A stretch of DNA of 33,343 nt from a virus. Lineage: Duplodnaviria; Caudoviricetes. Below are positions 1-7,351 of the stretch, piece by piece. Within the stretch, counting starts at the first letter, position 1; the number at the start of each line of letters is the position of its first letter. The stretch lies in the IMG/VR virus record IMGVR_UViG_3300009161_000016, positions 1 to 33,343 of that record; one strand, given 5' to 3'. Position numbers and translations under genes: made by a program. Below the pieces are notes generated by a model. That model made no database searches. It was not told where the DNA came from and saw only the letters and a program-made list of their open reading frames with translations.

Positions 1-123
1 AATCCGGACTGGGTGCATGTAAGTTACACAACAAAAAAACCCCTAAGAAACCAAGTCTTAAGGGCTTTAGATGGGGGTAAATACGAGCCTATTTAGTTTT
101 AATTTGGTGTATGTTATGCAGTA
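1..123. repeat. Terminal direct repeat, copy 1 (identical to 33221-33343); indicates a circular or circularly permuted complete genome
   Basis: Exact 123-nt identity between the window ends. It contains the endolysin 3' end, so it is most likely an assembly overlap. Confidence 0.95.
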
Positions 124-463
124 TAGTAGTATGGTTACGCTTCAAATATCTTGCTTGTTCGGCGCATCCGTAACCAGCTTTAAATGCCTCTTGGCAAAAT
201 TTTGTTCTAATTCTACAAACTTCTACTTTTCCAGATTTTTTATTAACTTCCTCGTAGGTTAAGTTATTTTCTTTTAAATATATTGGCGCCCATTGGTCAA
301 GAGTTAATTTAGGCCTAATATTTTTATTGATGTATTTTTCTACTATTACTATTTTTTCAATAACCTTGGGATTTATTTTATCTTCTAAAATAATGCTAAT
401 ACGCTTTAAGGCGTGGTCATTGCAACCGGTGTAAAGTTTGATGTATTTAAGAATTTCCTTCAT
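89..463 (-). CDS. HTH DNA-binding protein with DnaA domain IV-like C-terminus
   Basis: C-terminal AEQARYLKRNHTTILHNI resembles the DnaA_C signature (IGxxFGGRDHTTVLHA). No AAA+ domain. Confidence 0.6.
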   Translation of the reverse strand: MKEILKYIKLYTGCNDHALKRISIILEDKINPKVIEKIVIVEKYINKNIRPKLTLDQWAPIYLKENNLTYEEVNKKSGKVEVCRIRTKFCQEAFKAGYGCAEQARYLKRNHTTILHNIHQIKTK

Positions 464-629
464 TGTTTATTTTTACATCGTTAAATAATCCTAATTCTTC
501 GGCAACTGATATGTGCTTTTTAAATGAATTATAAAATTCAAGTTCATTTTGTAGTAGGTGCGTTAGCTTGCCTACAAGGTCAATTTTTTCTACGATTGAT
601 AATTCAATCCATTCGTTGTGGTTTGCCAT
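447..629 (-). CDS. Hypothetical protein (60 aa)
   Basis: Overlaps both neighbours in the leftward operon. Confidence 0.6.
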   Translation of the reverse strand: MANHNEWIELSIVEKIDLVGKLTHLLQNELEFYNSFKKHISVAEELGLFNDVKINNEGNS

Positions 630-732
630 ATTCCTTTAGTTTATAAATTAAAGATATTGTTACATAAAGTAATAGCCCTAATGGTAGTGCTATTAAAAAG
701 AATCTTAATAACCCTAGTATTGATTTTATCAT
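604..732 (-). CDS. Small membrane protein, 42 aa (MIKSILGLLRFFLIALPLGLLLYVTISLIYKLKEYGKPQRMD), not in ORF track
   Basis: Translated by hand. One hydrophobic helix; ATGA overlap with the upstream small ORF. Confidence 0.55.
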   Translation of the reverse strand: MIKSILGLLRFFLIALPLGLLLYVTISLIYKLKEYGKPQRMD

Positions 733-815
733 ATATTTTGAAGATATGCGGTTACTAAAAATACTACGATTAAAATTACCACCGCTTGAAAGTTGTGGTT
801 TTGTTGCTTGTTCAT
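729..815 (-). CDS. Small membrane peptide, 28 aa (MNKQQNHNFQAVVILIVVFLVTAYLQNI), not in ORF track
   Basis: Translated by hand. AT-rich leader, hydrophobic core, stop overlaps the next ATG. Confidence 0.5.
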   Translation of the reverse strand: MNKQQNHNFQAVVILIVVFLVTAYLQNI

Positions 816-840
816 GTTAAATTTTTTAAATTAAAAATAT

Positions 841-875
841 GTCGGTTGTTCCGTAGGCGATACCGACCTAAACGC
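841..875 (-). promoter_or_regulatory. Structured RNA leader (hairpin or possible H-type pseudoknot)
   Basis: GTCGGT/ACCGAC stem plus a crossing GCG/CGC pairing, about 26 nt upstream of the ATG at 815. Confidence 0.4.
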
Positions 876-885
876 AAAGAAGTTA

Positions 886-1332
886 TTAAAATGCAATAGT
901 CATTATTGCTTGTTCAAATCCGCCTTGATATTCTTTTTGCTTAATTCCTTTTAATATAAATCCGTCTAAAATATCATTAATCATATTTTTAGGAATATTA
1001 ATTGCTTCTAAAACTGCAAATGCAAAAGCCTTTTTAGGGTGCATTTGAAAACTTATTTTACTTTGTAAATCTTTAGAAATATAAGTATATAGTTTTGTAT
1101 TATCCTCATTTGTTTTAATTTGTAGCAAATCCATTTCATTTGCAAATTCTTCTAAATCTTCAAAGAAGATACTTGGTGCTTCAAATTTAGTATTGTTATC
1201 TTCCCAAATTCCTACATAATGACTTTCGCCATTATAAAAACTATCTTTTTTAATAATAGCTTTTCTTCCTAAAGTTAAATTGTAGTGTTCATTGTTAATG
1301 CTTACTACTGCTTTTTTAATTGACTTTTTCAT
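886..1332 (-). CDS. Hypothetical protein, very AT-rich, with its own promoter (moron-like)
   Basis: 148-aa ORF preceded by a TAnnTTTG element at 1355-1362. Confidence 0.7.
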   Translation of the reverse strand: MKKSIKKAVVSINNEHYNLTLGRKAIIKKDSFYNGESHYVGIWEDNNTKFEAPSIFFEDLEEFANEMDLLQIKTNEDNTKLYTYISKDLQSKISFQMHPKKAFAFAVLEAINIPKNMINDILDGFILKGIKQKEYQGGFEQAIMTIAF

Positions 1333-1354
1333 GTGGTGTTTGTTTTTAATAAAT

Positions 1355-1362
1355 CAAAGCTA
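1355..1362 (-). promoter_or_regulatory. Bacteroidota sigma70 -7 promoter element TAGCTTTG
   Basis: Matches TAnnTTTG in an intergenic gap about 23 nt upstream of the ATG at 1332. Confidence 0.55.
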
Positions 1363-1391
1363 AAACAAACTATTTGAATAAAAAAATATTT

Positions 1392-2618
1392 TTAATAAAT
1401 TTTTTTAAAATGGCTTAAAGTGTAGTCTTTTTTGCTTTGTACTAGCTTGTAAATCCTATCCTCAATGCCGCCTTGGGTAAATACCCAGTACACTTTACTA
1501 GCCTCGGTGCGGTCTTTGGTCTGCATCCTTGCCCTTGATTGCCAATAACTTACGGCCGCAAAGTCTATATTGTACATAACCAAGGCGTCAGCGGTGCTTA
1601 AATTAATGCCTTCCCGTCCGCTTTGTATTTGGCTTATAAACACCGCTGGGCCGGACGCCTCGTTAAAAGCCATAGGATCGTCATAAACGAGGGCTTCATA
1701 CGTATAGCGTAATTGTAGGCCCTCGGCAATATACTTGTAAAAAATGGCTATCTTTTGCCCTTTAAACCGCTCTTTTATAAACTTGGCCTTAGTGTCGTCA
1801 AACATTATACCATTGCCATCCTCGGTCTTGACGGATCCGCTACAAATTTGGTGTACCTTTTGCATTTCCTTAACCGCCGTATCCGCCAGGACTACTTGCC
1901 CATCTTTGGTTTTAAAAAGTTTGTCCTTGGTAATTTTGCCAATAGCCCACTTAATTTTGTCCGACATTGGAACGTAAAGGATTGTTTCTTCAACTAAGCC
2001 CTCGAACCCAGCATCTTCTTGTGTATAAGTTAAAAACAAATGCGCCGTATCAATTTGAATGCGTTCTTGTTTTACTTTTGAATAGTCCGCAATTTCCCTA
2101 TTGAATACGTATTTTTTAGCCGGTATGCCATATTCCTTATGCCATGCGTAAAATGTTTTAAATAACTTATATGGGTTAAAAGTACTTACCCAAAATTGAT
2201 GGTACAACTGCGCATAACTTTCGGGCGTGGGAGTACCACTTAAATAAATAATAGGCTTACCGGCGCATATCTTTTTTAGTTCCGTCGTCCTATTGCTAGG
2301 TTGGGGGTATTGGCCTAGGGAATGTGCTTCGTCAATTATAATAAAATCATAATTTTGTTGGGCCTTATGCACGCTTTCATAATTGATAATATCTAAATCG
2401 TAAATACAAAGGCTATTATCGTAGTCGTCCTGGATGCTGCTAATGGCCTTTTTCTTGGTTACAAATAAAACCTTTTTAGCGTTATATAAACTAGCAATAT
2501 GCAAACTTGTAATTGTCTTACCAGTGCGCACTTGCATAGCTAAATAGACTAAGCCAAAGTCTTTTATTATTTGTATGGCTTGTTCGGATATGTCAACTTG
2601 GTAGTCGCGTAATATCAT
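1392..2618 (-). CDS. SF2 DEAH-box helicase (SNF2/ResIII-like)
   Basis: Q-motif LRDYQ, Walker A VRTGKT, DEAH, SGTP, C-terminal SGREGINL and QSRAR. Start placed at MILRDYQ (2618) rather than 2645. Confidence 0.9.
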   Translation of the reverse strand: MILRDYQVDISEQAIQIIKDFGLVYLAMQVRTGKTITSLHIASLYNAKKVLFVTKKKAISSIQDDYDNSLCIYDLDIINYESVHKAQQNYDFIIIDEAHSLGQYPQPSNRTTELKKICAGKPIIYLSGTPTPESYAQLYHQFWVSTFNPYKLFKTFYAWHKEYGIPAKKYVFNREIADYSKVKQERIQIDTAHLFLTYTQEDAGFEGLVEETILYVPMSDKIKWAIGKITKDKLFKTKDGQVVLADTAVKEMQKVHQICSGSVKTEDGNGIMFDDTKAKFIKERFKGQKIAIFYKYIAEGLQLRYTYEALVYDDPMAFNEASGPAVFISQIQSGREGINLSTADALVMYNIDFAAVSYWQSRARMQTKDRTEASKVYWVFTQGGIEDRIYKLVQSKKDYTLSHFKKIY

Positions 2619-2626
2619 TGGTAGTT

Positions 2627-3355
2627 TTATGATGTACAAGAACAATTAAATGCTGGAGTTAAATCGGAAAGGTCTTGCCCTTTAAATAAATCGTTTTGTG
2701 CTAAATTAAGTAATTGTTTATATGTTGTATCTTGAAAGTATGTATGCCCCCCCCCCTTCAATTTGCTAAATTCTTCATCTTCAATCCATTCGGTAGCAAG
2801 TTCTGGATAGCTTCTTAATATGTTAATTATTGCATTTTTACCTTTTAAAAAACATAAAGTACAATTACCAAGTATTGCCGGTATTTCTAAAGTATAAGGT
2901 TTTTTACTCCAATAATTATTTACTTGTGCTTTATCAATTCCTTGCTCATATAAAGGAAATTTTGGTATTATATATTTTTGTCTTTGTTGATATCCTTTTA
3001 CTCTACGTTCTTCATCGGATCTAAAACCTACAAGCCACTCATAATCTTGTTTTCCATAATTAGCCCTTAACCATCTTTTAGCAGTTTTAATTTTTAGTTC
3101 AATAGTGCATTCTCTCTTTACTCTATTTGGTATTAATTTCCATTTCTTTTTTTCAAGCATTCCTCTAAACCCACCCTCAAACATTACTCTAATAATTGGG
3201 ATATTTTCGTGGGCCTCAAAGTCATTAATAAATTTATAGGTTTTTGCATGTTCTCTACCAGTATCAGCAAATATAACAAGGTCGCCTTCTCTATAATTCA
3301 TTATTGTCATTAATGCACTTGTCTTGCCACCGCTAAAATTAATTACTCTAATCAT
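2627..3355 (-). CDS. PAPS reductase / PP-loop adenine nucleotide alpha-hydrolase family protein (CysH/DndC/SspD superfamily)
   Basis: PP-loop FSGGKTS, FADTGRE, CTxxLK, GFRSDE, FPL, and Cys motifs GNCTLCF and C-terminal CSC. Confidence 0.8.
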   Translation of the reverse strand: MIRVINFSGGKTSALMTIMNYREGDLVIFADTGREHAKTYKFINDFEAHENIPIIRVMFEGGFRGMLEKKKWKLIPNRVKRECTIELKIKTAKRWLRANYGKQDYEWLVGFRSDEERRVKGYQQRQKYIIPKFPLYEQGIDKAQVNNYWSKKPYTLEIPAILGNCTLCFLKGKNAIINILRSYPELATEWIEDEEFSKLKGGGHTYFQDTTYKQLLNLAQNDLFKGQDLSDLTPAFNCSCTS

Positions 3356-3360
3356 TGCTT

Positions 3361-3633
3361 TTATATTAAGCCATCTTGTAAAGGTTCGTCTTCTTTTTGG
3401 TCCACACGTCTATAACCTTCCTTCCATAAAATACGTGTAAGCATTACCGAGTTTTTAATTATAGTATCTTCGGAGTTGCGAGGGTATAGCAAATGCAGTA
3501 CTTCATGTATTAAAATTTCTAGGTGCTTTTTACCTTTAAGGCGCTCGTCTATTTCAATAATACCATCGCTACTAGCCATGCCATGTGCTTGCTCTCTACC
3601 TAGTTTGCGATATATAATTTTAATTTTAAGCAT
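3361..3633 (-). CDS. Small zincin-like HEXXH metallopeptidase-domain protein
   Basis: G...IEIDERL...ILIHEVLH followed by a distal Glu. Confidence 0.65.
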   Translation of the reverse strand: MLKIKIIYRKLGREQAHGMASSDGIIEIDERLKGKKHLEILIHEVLHLLYPRNSEDTIIKNSVMLTRILWKEGYRRVDQKEDEPLQDGLI

Positions 3634-3814
3634 TTTTTAAAAGGTCTTCATCTGGTCTTATGTCTTCGGTTATATGTATGCGCTGGCCTCCGCGTATTGA
3701 CGCTAAAGTTTTTCTTATATAATTTTCTAGGTCGTAAAGTTCGCTTAACTTTTTAACCAAGTAAACTTCTTGCTCACTTAACTTCATTTTGTTCCAATTT
3801 TTTGGTAATTTCAT
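3626..3814 (-). CDS. Hypothetical protein
   Basis: Operonic overlaps on both sides; start at 3814 or 3820. Confidence 0.6.
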   Translation of the reverse strand: MKLPKNWNKMKLSEQEVYLVKKLSELYDLENYIRKTLASIRGGQRIHITEDIRPDEDLLKNA

Positions 3815-4013
3815 ATTCATAATGTATTAATAAATCTATGTAGTGTTTTGCTTTTTTTAAATCCTCAATGCCGTTTTTATACTTATGGCGCATTACATAT
3901 TTAATTACGTTGCCTTCTATAAAAGGTATGCTATTGCTTTGTATAAATTCAATAGGCTGAATTTTATACATAACGTAGTGTTGCCCGCCAACTTGTTCTT
4001 GGTTTGCGCTCAT
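3774..4013 (-). CDS. DUF3310 / SaV / T7 gp1.7-like nucleotide-metabolism protein
   Basis: QVGGQHY...IQPIEFI...GNVIKYVMRHKYKNGIEDLKKAKHYI signature. Confidence 0.85.
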   Translation of the reverse strand: MSANQEQVGGQHYVMYKIQPIEFIQSNSIPFIEGNVIKYVMRHKYKNGIEDLKKAKHYIDLLIHYEYEITKKLEQNEVK

Positions 4014-4014
4014 G

Positions 4015-4746
4015 TTACTTATCTATTTTGCTATGGTATTTATTACAAGTCTTGCACTTATATTGGATGCGCGTTAACCCAGATGCAGTTACTATCTTAT
4101 TGTTTTTTATAAGGTCGTCGCTTCCGCACTCGGGACATGTACCACGATCCGCACCAAATATAACGCCGTAATGCGTTTTAGGTAAGATGTGATTGCTTAA
4201 TGCTTTGTGTACTTTTTCTAAAAGTATTACGTCCATCTTGCAATATTTAATCATTTTGTCCATTGCTTTTTTATCCTTCTTAAGTACAATATCCTTCCAT
4301 AAATCGTAATCGGTTTTAATTTTTTGCCCAATGCCTAAAAATGTGGCAATGTAATTAAGTTTATTTGAGTTAAATTTAAACTTTGCGCGCGCTACTTTTA
4401 AAGTGTCAATGCTTATGTAAGTTGGGAATAATTCTACCTTATGAAATAAACAACGCGTGCGCACCCATGCAAGGTCAAACTTATCGCCGTTGTGTCCTAC
4501 AATTTCATCCGCGGTATTTAAAACTTTTATAAAGTCTTGCAGCATTTTTTTATCGCATTGTTTTGCATCCCAACTAAGCGCGTGGGTTTCTTTTTCTTCT
4601 TCCCACTTATAGCAAATGCAAATAATGGCACGCTCTTTTATAATGTTTTGCGGGCCAATATTTAATTTAAACCCAGACTGCCAAAAAAATCCGATGTTTG
4701 GCGCCGTTTCAATATCAAAATACAATCGTTTTCTTTTGGTAGTCAT
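4015..4746 (-). CDS. RNase H-like (DnaQ/YprB-type) 3'-5' exonuclease with C-terminal Zn ribbon
   Basis: ExoI FDIET, ExoII GHNGDKFD, ExoIII YCKMDV; CPECG...CKTC. Confidence 0.85.
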   Translation of the reverse strand: MTTKRKRLYFDIETAPNIGFFWQSGFKLNIGPQNIIKERAIICICYKWEEEKETHALSWDAKQCDKKMLQDFIKVLNTADEIVGHNGDKFDLAWVRTRCLFHKVELFPTYISIDTLKVARAKFKFNSNKLNYIATFLGIGQKIKTDYDLWKDIVLKKDKKAMDKMIKYCKMDVILLEKVHKALSNHILPKTHYGVIFGADRGTCPECGSDDLIKNNKIVTASGLTRIQYKCKTCNKYHSKIDK

Positions 4747-4758
4747 GGGGTAAATTTA

Positions 4759-5505
4759 CTATTTTTTATGTGATAGTTGATAACTAAATTCTTTTGGCTT
4801 ATCGTCCTCGTGTTCTGCAAGCCAAAGTTTTTGCACCGATTGGAATAAATCCCAGTCTTTGGCGGTATCATCTTTGGTTACCATTTGCCATCCTGGGCCT
4901 TGTATGGCACCATTTTTGCCGTAAGTCCTAGTCTTGGCATTGAGCCATAAAATAGCCACGCCGTCAATATCCGGATATTCATCCGCATGCTTAACGCCGT
5001 TTAAATATAATTCCTTGTAAGCCGATAATTGAAGCCAGTAACTATTGTAAATACCATTTGAAGTCTTGATATCCAATACATATACTTTGCCATCAATCTT
5101 GCAAATACGATCCAACGTACCGGCAAAGCCTAGCTTACCATTGACAAAAGTTTGCTCGATTAAAATATGCTCGGGTGCATGAATTTTACTAAAATCAACG
5201 TAACGTTCAAACATGGCCCATTCTTCTAGGCTATGTTTAGGCTTGCCGTTTTCATCAAATAAATTACATTCAAGTCCGTTATCGTAGTCCTCGGTAAGCT
5301 GATGCACCGCGCTTCCACGTCGTCCGGCATTGTCCCTAATTTCGTCGGCCTTGGCTCCCATGTCCTTCATCCATTGAATTAATTGGTAAGGCTTTGGGTA
5401 TGCCTCAAGCAAGGTGGTAGCACTTGGGTAGTACTGCCCGTCGGTGTCGGTGTAAAAACGCCCATCGACAAACGTTAACTGGTTTGGTTTTGTTTTTACT
5501 AACAT
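4759..5505 (-). CDS. PD-(D/E)xK superfamily exonuclease (Cas4/RecB-like recombination nuclease)
   Basis: YPSATTLL, RGSAVH, E...AGTLD...LDIKTS, QLSAY motifs. Confidence 0.85.
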   Translation of the reverse strand: MLVKTKPNQLTFVDGRFYTDTDGQYYPSATTLLEAYPKPYQLIQWMKDMGAKADEIRDNAGRRGSAVHQLTEDYDNGLECNLFDENGKPKHSLEEWAMFERYVDFSKIHAPEHILIEQTFVNGKLGFAGTLDRICKIDGKVYVLDIKTSNGIYNSYWLQLSAYKELYLNGVKHADEYPDIDGVAILWLNAKTRTYGKNGAIQGPGWQMVTKDDTAKDWDLFQSVQKLWLAEHEDDKPKEFSYQLSHKK

Positions 5506-5690
5506 ATAATTTCTTTAATGGTTACTTCGTCGGCTTTTTCCTTACCGCCGTTTGCAACTAATTTGGTTGCAAATTCTTCGGCTAGTTCTATGGTGGCAAA
5601 TCCGCTTATAAATTTATTATCTATGTAAACAAAGTATCTATCTTCTTTAAAGATTAAATCGGTTTGTTTTGTAATTTTTACTACTGGCAT
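5499..5690 (-). CDS. Hypothetical protein (63 aa)
   Basis: AT-rich leader; stop overlaps the next start. Confidence 0.65.
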   Translation of the reverse strand: MPVVKITKQTDLIFKEDRYFVYIDNKFISGFATIELAEEFATKLVANGGKEKADEVTIKEIIC

Positions 5691-5718
5691 ATAATTTTTT
5701 TTTATGATTTTTAAATAA

Positions 5719-5753
5719 TGGTAGTTTTTTAAACGGAAACTACCAAAACCGCT
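5719..5753 (-). promoter_or_regulatory. Structured RNA leader (hairpin or possible H-type pseudoknot)
   Basis: TGGTAGTTT/AAACTACCA stem plus a crossing AGCGG/CCGTT pairing, about 29 nt upstream of the ATG at 5690. Confidence 0.45.
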
Positions 5754-5771
5754 ATTTAAAAACCAACACTA

Positions 5772-6359
5772 CTAAAAAGGTGTTTCGTCATTGTCTTCCA
5801 TTTCGGTGGCCGTTAAGACGCTAAAAATATTGTTTGCCATATTTTCTAAAAATAGCATCATGTCGCTATCGTCCCATTGCTCCTTACCTTTTACTTTTAT
5901 CTTAGTCATTTGTGGTAAGCCGTTAGGATCTTCCTTGGTATAAGCCGGCGCTATCTTATTGCCATCTTGATACAACGTAATGCCCGTAATTGTTTTAGTG
6001 GCATCGTTCTTATCCTTCATGGCCCATGGCATAAAGCGTACCTCTTTATACAAGTTTACATTTGGTAACGCCTTTAAAAATGATGAAGCATAACGGCTAC
6101 TAAACGGAAGCGAAACTATGTAAGTAACTTCGCCATCGGTAAAACTTAGTTGCCATTGCTTCCCGTAATCATTTTCTTTGGTGTCAATCTTTACTAGCTT
6201 TGCAGTTAAGTCCTTAAACCTTTCTTCATAAACTAGTTTACCGGTTTTTGTTATGCGCTCGGTTGTGCGCTCGGTTGCTTGCTTGTGTTGGCGTACTAAG
6301 TTGCCGTCCGCAACACTGAGGTAAATTGTGTTTGTACCTCCTAATTGTGATAATGCCAT
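5772..6359 (-). CDS. Putative single-stranded DNA-binding protein
   Basis: Beta-rich body with an acidic C-terminal tail ending EDNDETPF (SSB-type PF tip); near the recombination nuclease. Confidence 0.6.
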   Translation of the reverse strand: MALSQLGGTNTIYLSVADGNLVRQHKQATERTTERITKTGKLVYEERFKDLTAKLVKIDTKENDYGKQWQLSFTDGEVTYIVSLPFSSRYASSFLKALPNVNLYKEVRFMPWAMKDKNDATKTITGITLYQDGNKIAPAYTKEDPNGLPQMTKIKVKGKEQWDDSDMMLFLENMANNIFSVLTATEMEDNDETPF

Positions 6360-6391
6360 GATTTAAAATGTAGTTTGTTTTATACTACGAG

Positions 6392-6458
6392 AGCAAATAT
6401 AGTATTATTTATTTAATAAAAAATTATTTTTTTTAAAGTTTTTTTATTTATATTTGCT
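6392..6458. promoter_or_regulatory. Divergent promoter pair, each with TATATTTGCT (TAnnTTTG -7 element)
   Basis: AGCAAATATA at 6392-6401 (minus strand) and TATATTTGCT at 6449-6458 (plus strand) flank an A/T-only spacer at the switch in transcription direction. Confidence 0.7.
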
Positions 6459-6475
6459 GCATAACAATTTTACAA

Positions 6476-7351
6476 ATGAATCATGGATCTTTATTTAGTG
6501 GAATAGGTGGCTTTGACTTAGCCGCTGAATGGGCCGGATGGAATAACACATTTCATTGCGAATGGAATCCTTTTGGTCAAAGAGTTTTAAAGCATCATTT
6601 TCCAAATTCAATATCATATAATGACATTACAAAAACAGACTTCTCTATTCACGAAGGAAACATTGATATCCTTAGTGGTGGATTCCCATGTCAACCATAC
6701 TCAACCGCCGGGCTTAGAAAAGGAAAAGAAGACGAACGCCATCTATGGCCACAAATGCTTAGAGCAATTCGAGAAATTAAACCAAGTTGGGTTGTGGGCG
6801 AAAACGTTCGCGGGCTTATTAATTGGGGGGGGGGGGTGGTATTCCACGAGGTGCAAACTGACTTGGAAGCTGAAGGGTACGAAGTACTCCCGTTTCTACT
6901 TCCAGCTTGCGCCGTCAACGCACCGCATCGACGAGATAGGATTTGGTTTGTTGCTTACGCCCACGACAAAAGAGGAAGTTCAAGACTTAGACAAATTCAA
7001 AAAGAGAATGGAAAAATATCCGAATGGGACAACAATGCCGAACCTAGCAACACAAATAATGAGTTTACTACCAACGCCTCAAGCAATGGAGGGGGAAAAA
7101 ATAACCGGACTAGAAAAACAAGATTCATTAACAAAAAGAGCAAGACAAATAACTGGGAAACCTTCCCAACTGAATCCGCGCTTTGTGGGGGAAATGATGG
7201 GATTTCCAGAGAGTTGGACGGAATTACCTTTTCAAAGTGGCGCAACGAATCAATCAAAGCATACGGAAACGCAATAGTTCCGCAAGTAGCATACGAAATT
7301 TTTAAAACAATAAACCAAATAGAAAATGAAAAAAGAAACTCGAGGGCGTAA
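6476..7351 (+). CDS. dcm: C5-cytosine DNA methyltransferase, large (alpha) chain with motifs I-VIII and X
   Basis: LFSGIGG (I), GGFPCQPYS (IV), ENV (VI), PHRRDRIW (VIII), YGNAIVP (X). No motif IX in this frame. Confidence 0.92.
   Translation: MNHGSLFSGIGGFDLAAEWAGWNNTFHCEWNPFGQRVLKHHFPNSISYNDITKTDFSIHEGNIDILSGGFPCQPYSTAGLRKGKEDERHLWPQMLRAIREIKPSWVVGENVRGLINWGGGVVFHEVQTDLEAEGYEVLPFLLPACAVNAPHRRDRIWFVAYAHDKRGSSRLRQIQKENGKISEWDNNAEPSNTNNEFTTNASSNGGGKNNRTRKTRFINKKSKTNNWETFPTESALCGGNDGISRELDGITFSKWRNESIKAYGNAIVPQVAYEIFKTINQIENEKRNSRA
6621..7277 (+). CDS. Overprinted (+1 frame) small (beta) chain of the C5 methyltransferase, carrying motif IX and probable target-recognition region
   Basis: 218-codon open frame nested in dcm. 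Contains LLxTP repeats and QLNPRFVGEMMGFPESWT (motif IX-like). True start uncertain. Confidence 0.75.
   Translation: MTLQKQTSLFTKETLISLVVDSHVNHTQPPGLEKEKKTNAIYGHKCLEQFEKLNQVGLWAKTFAGLLIGGGGWYSTRCKLTWKLKGTKYSRFYFQLAPSTHRIDEIGFGLLLTPTTKEEVQDLDKFKKRMEKYPNGTTMPNLATQIMSLLPTPQAMEGEKITGLEKQDSLTKRARQITGKPSQLNPRFVGEMMGFPESWTELPFQSGATNQSKHTETQ

Noticed and set aside
1-123. Physical terminal repeat of the virion DNA
   Set aside because: The repeat cuts through the endolysin gene and its length is typical of an assembler overlap; it shows circularity, not the real ends.
2627-3355. Complete Dnd/Ssp phosphorothioation or 7-deazaguanine pathway
   Set aside because: Only the PP-loop gene is present; no dndA/D/E, sspB/C, dpdA, folE, queD or queE was recognised.
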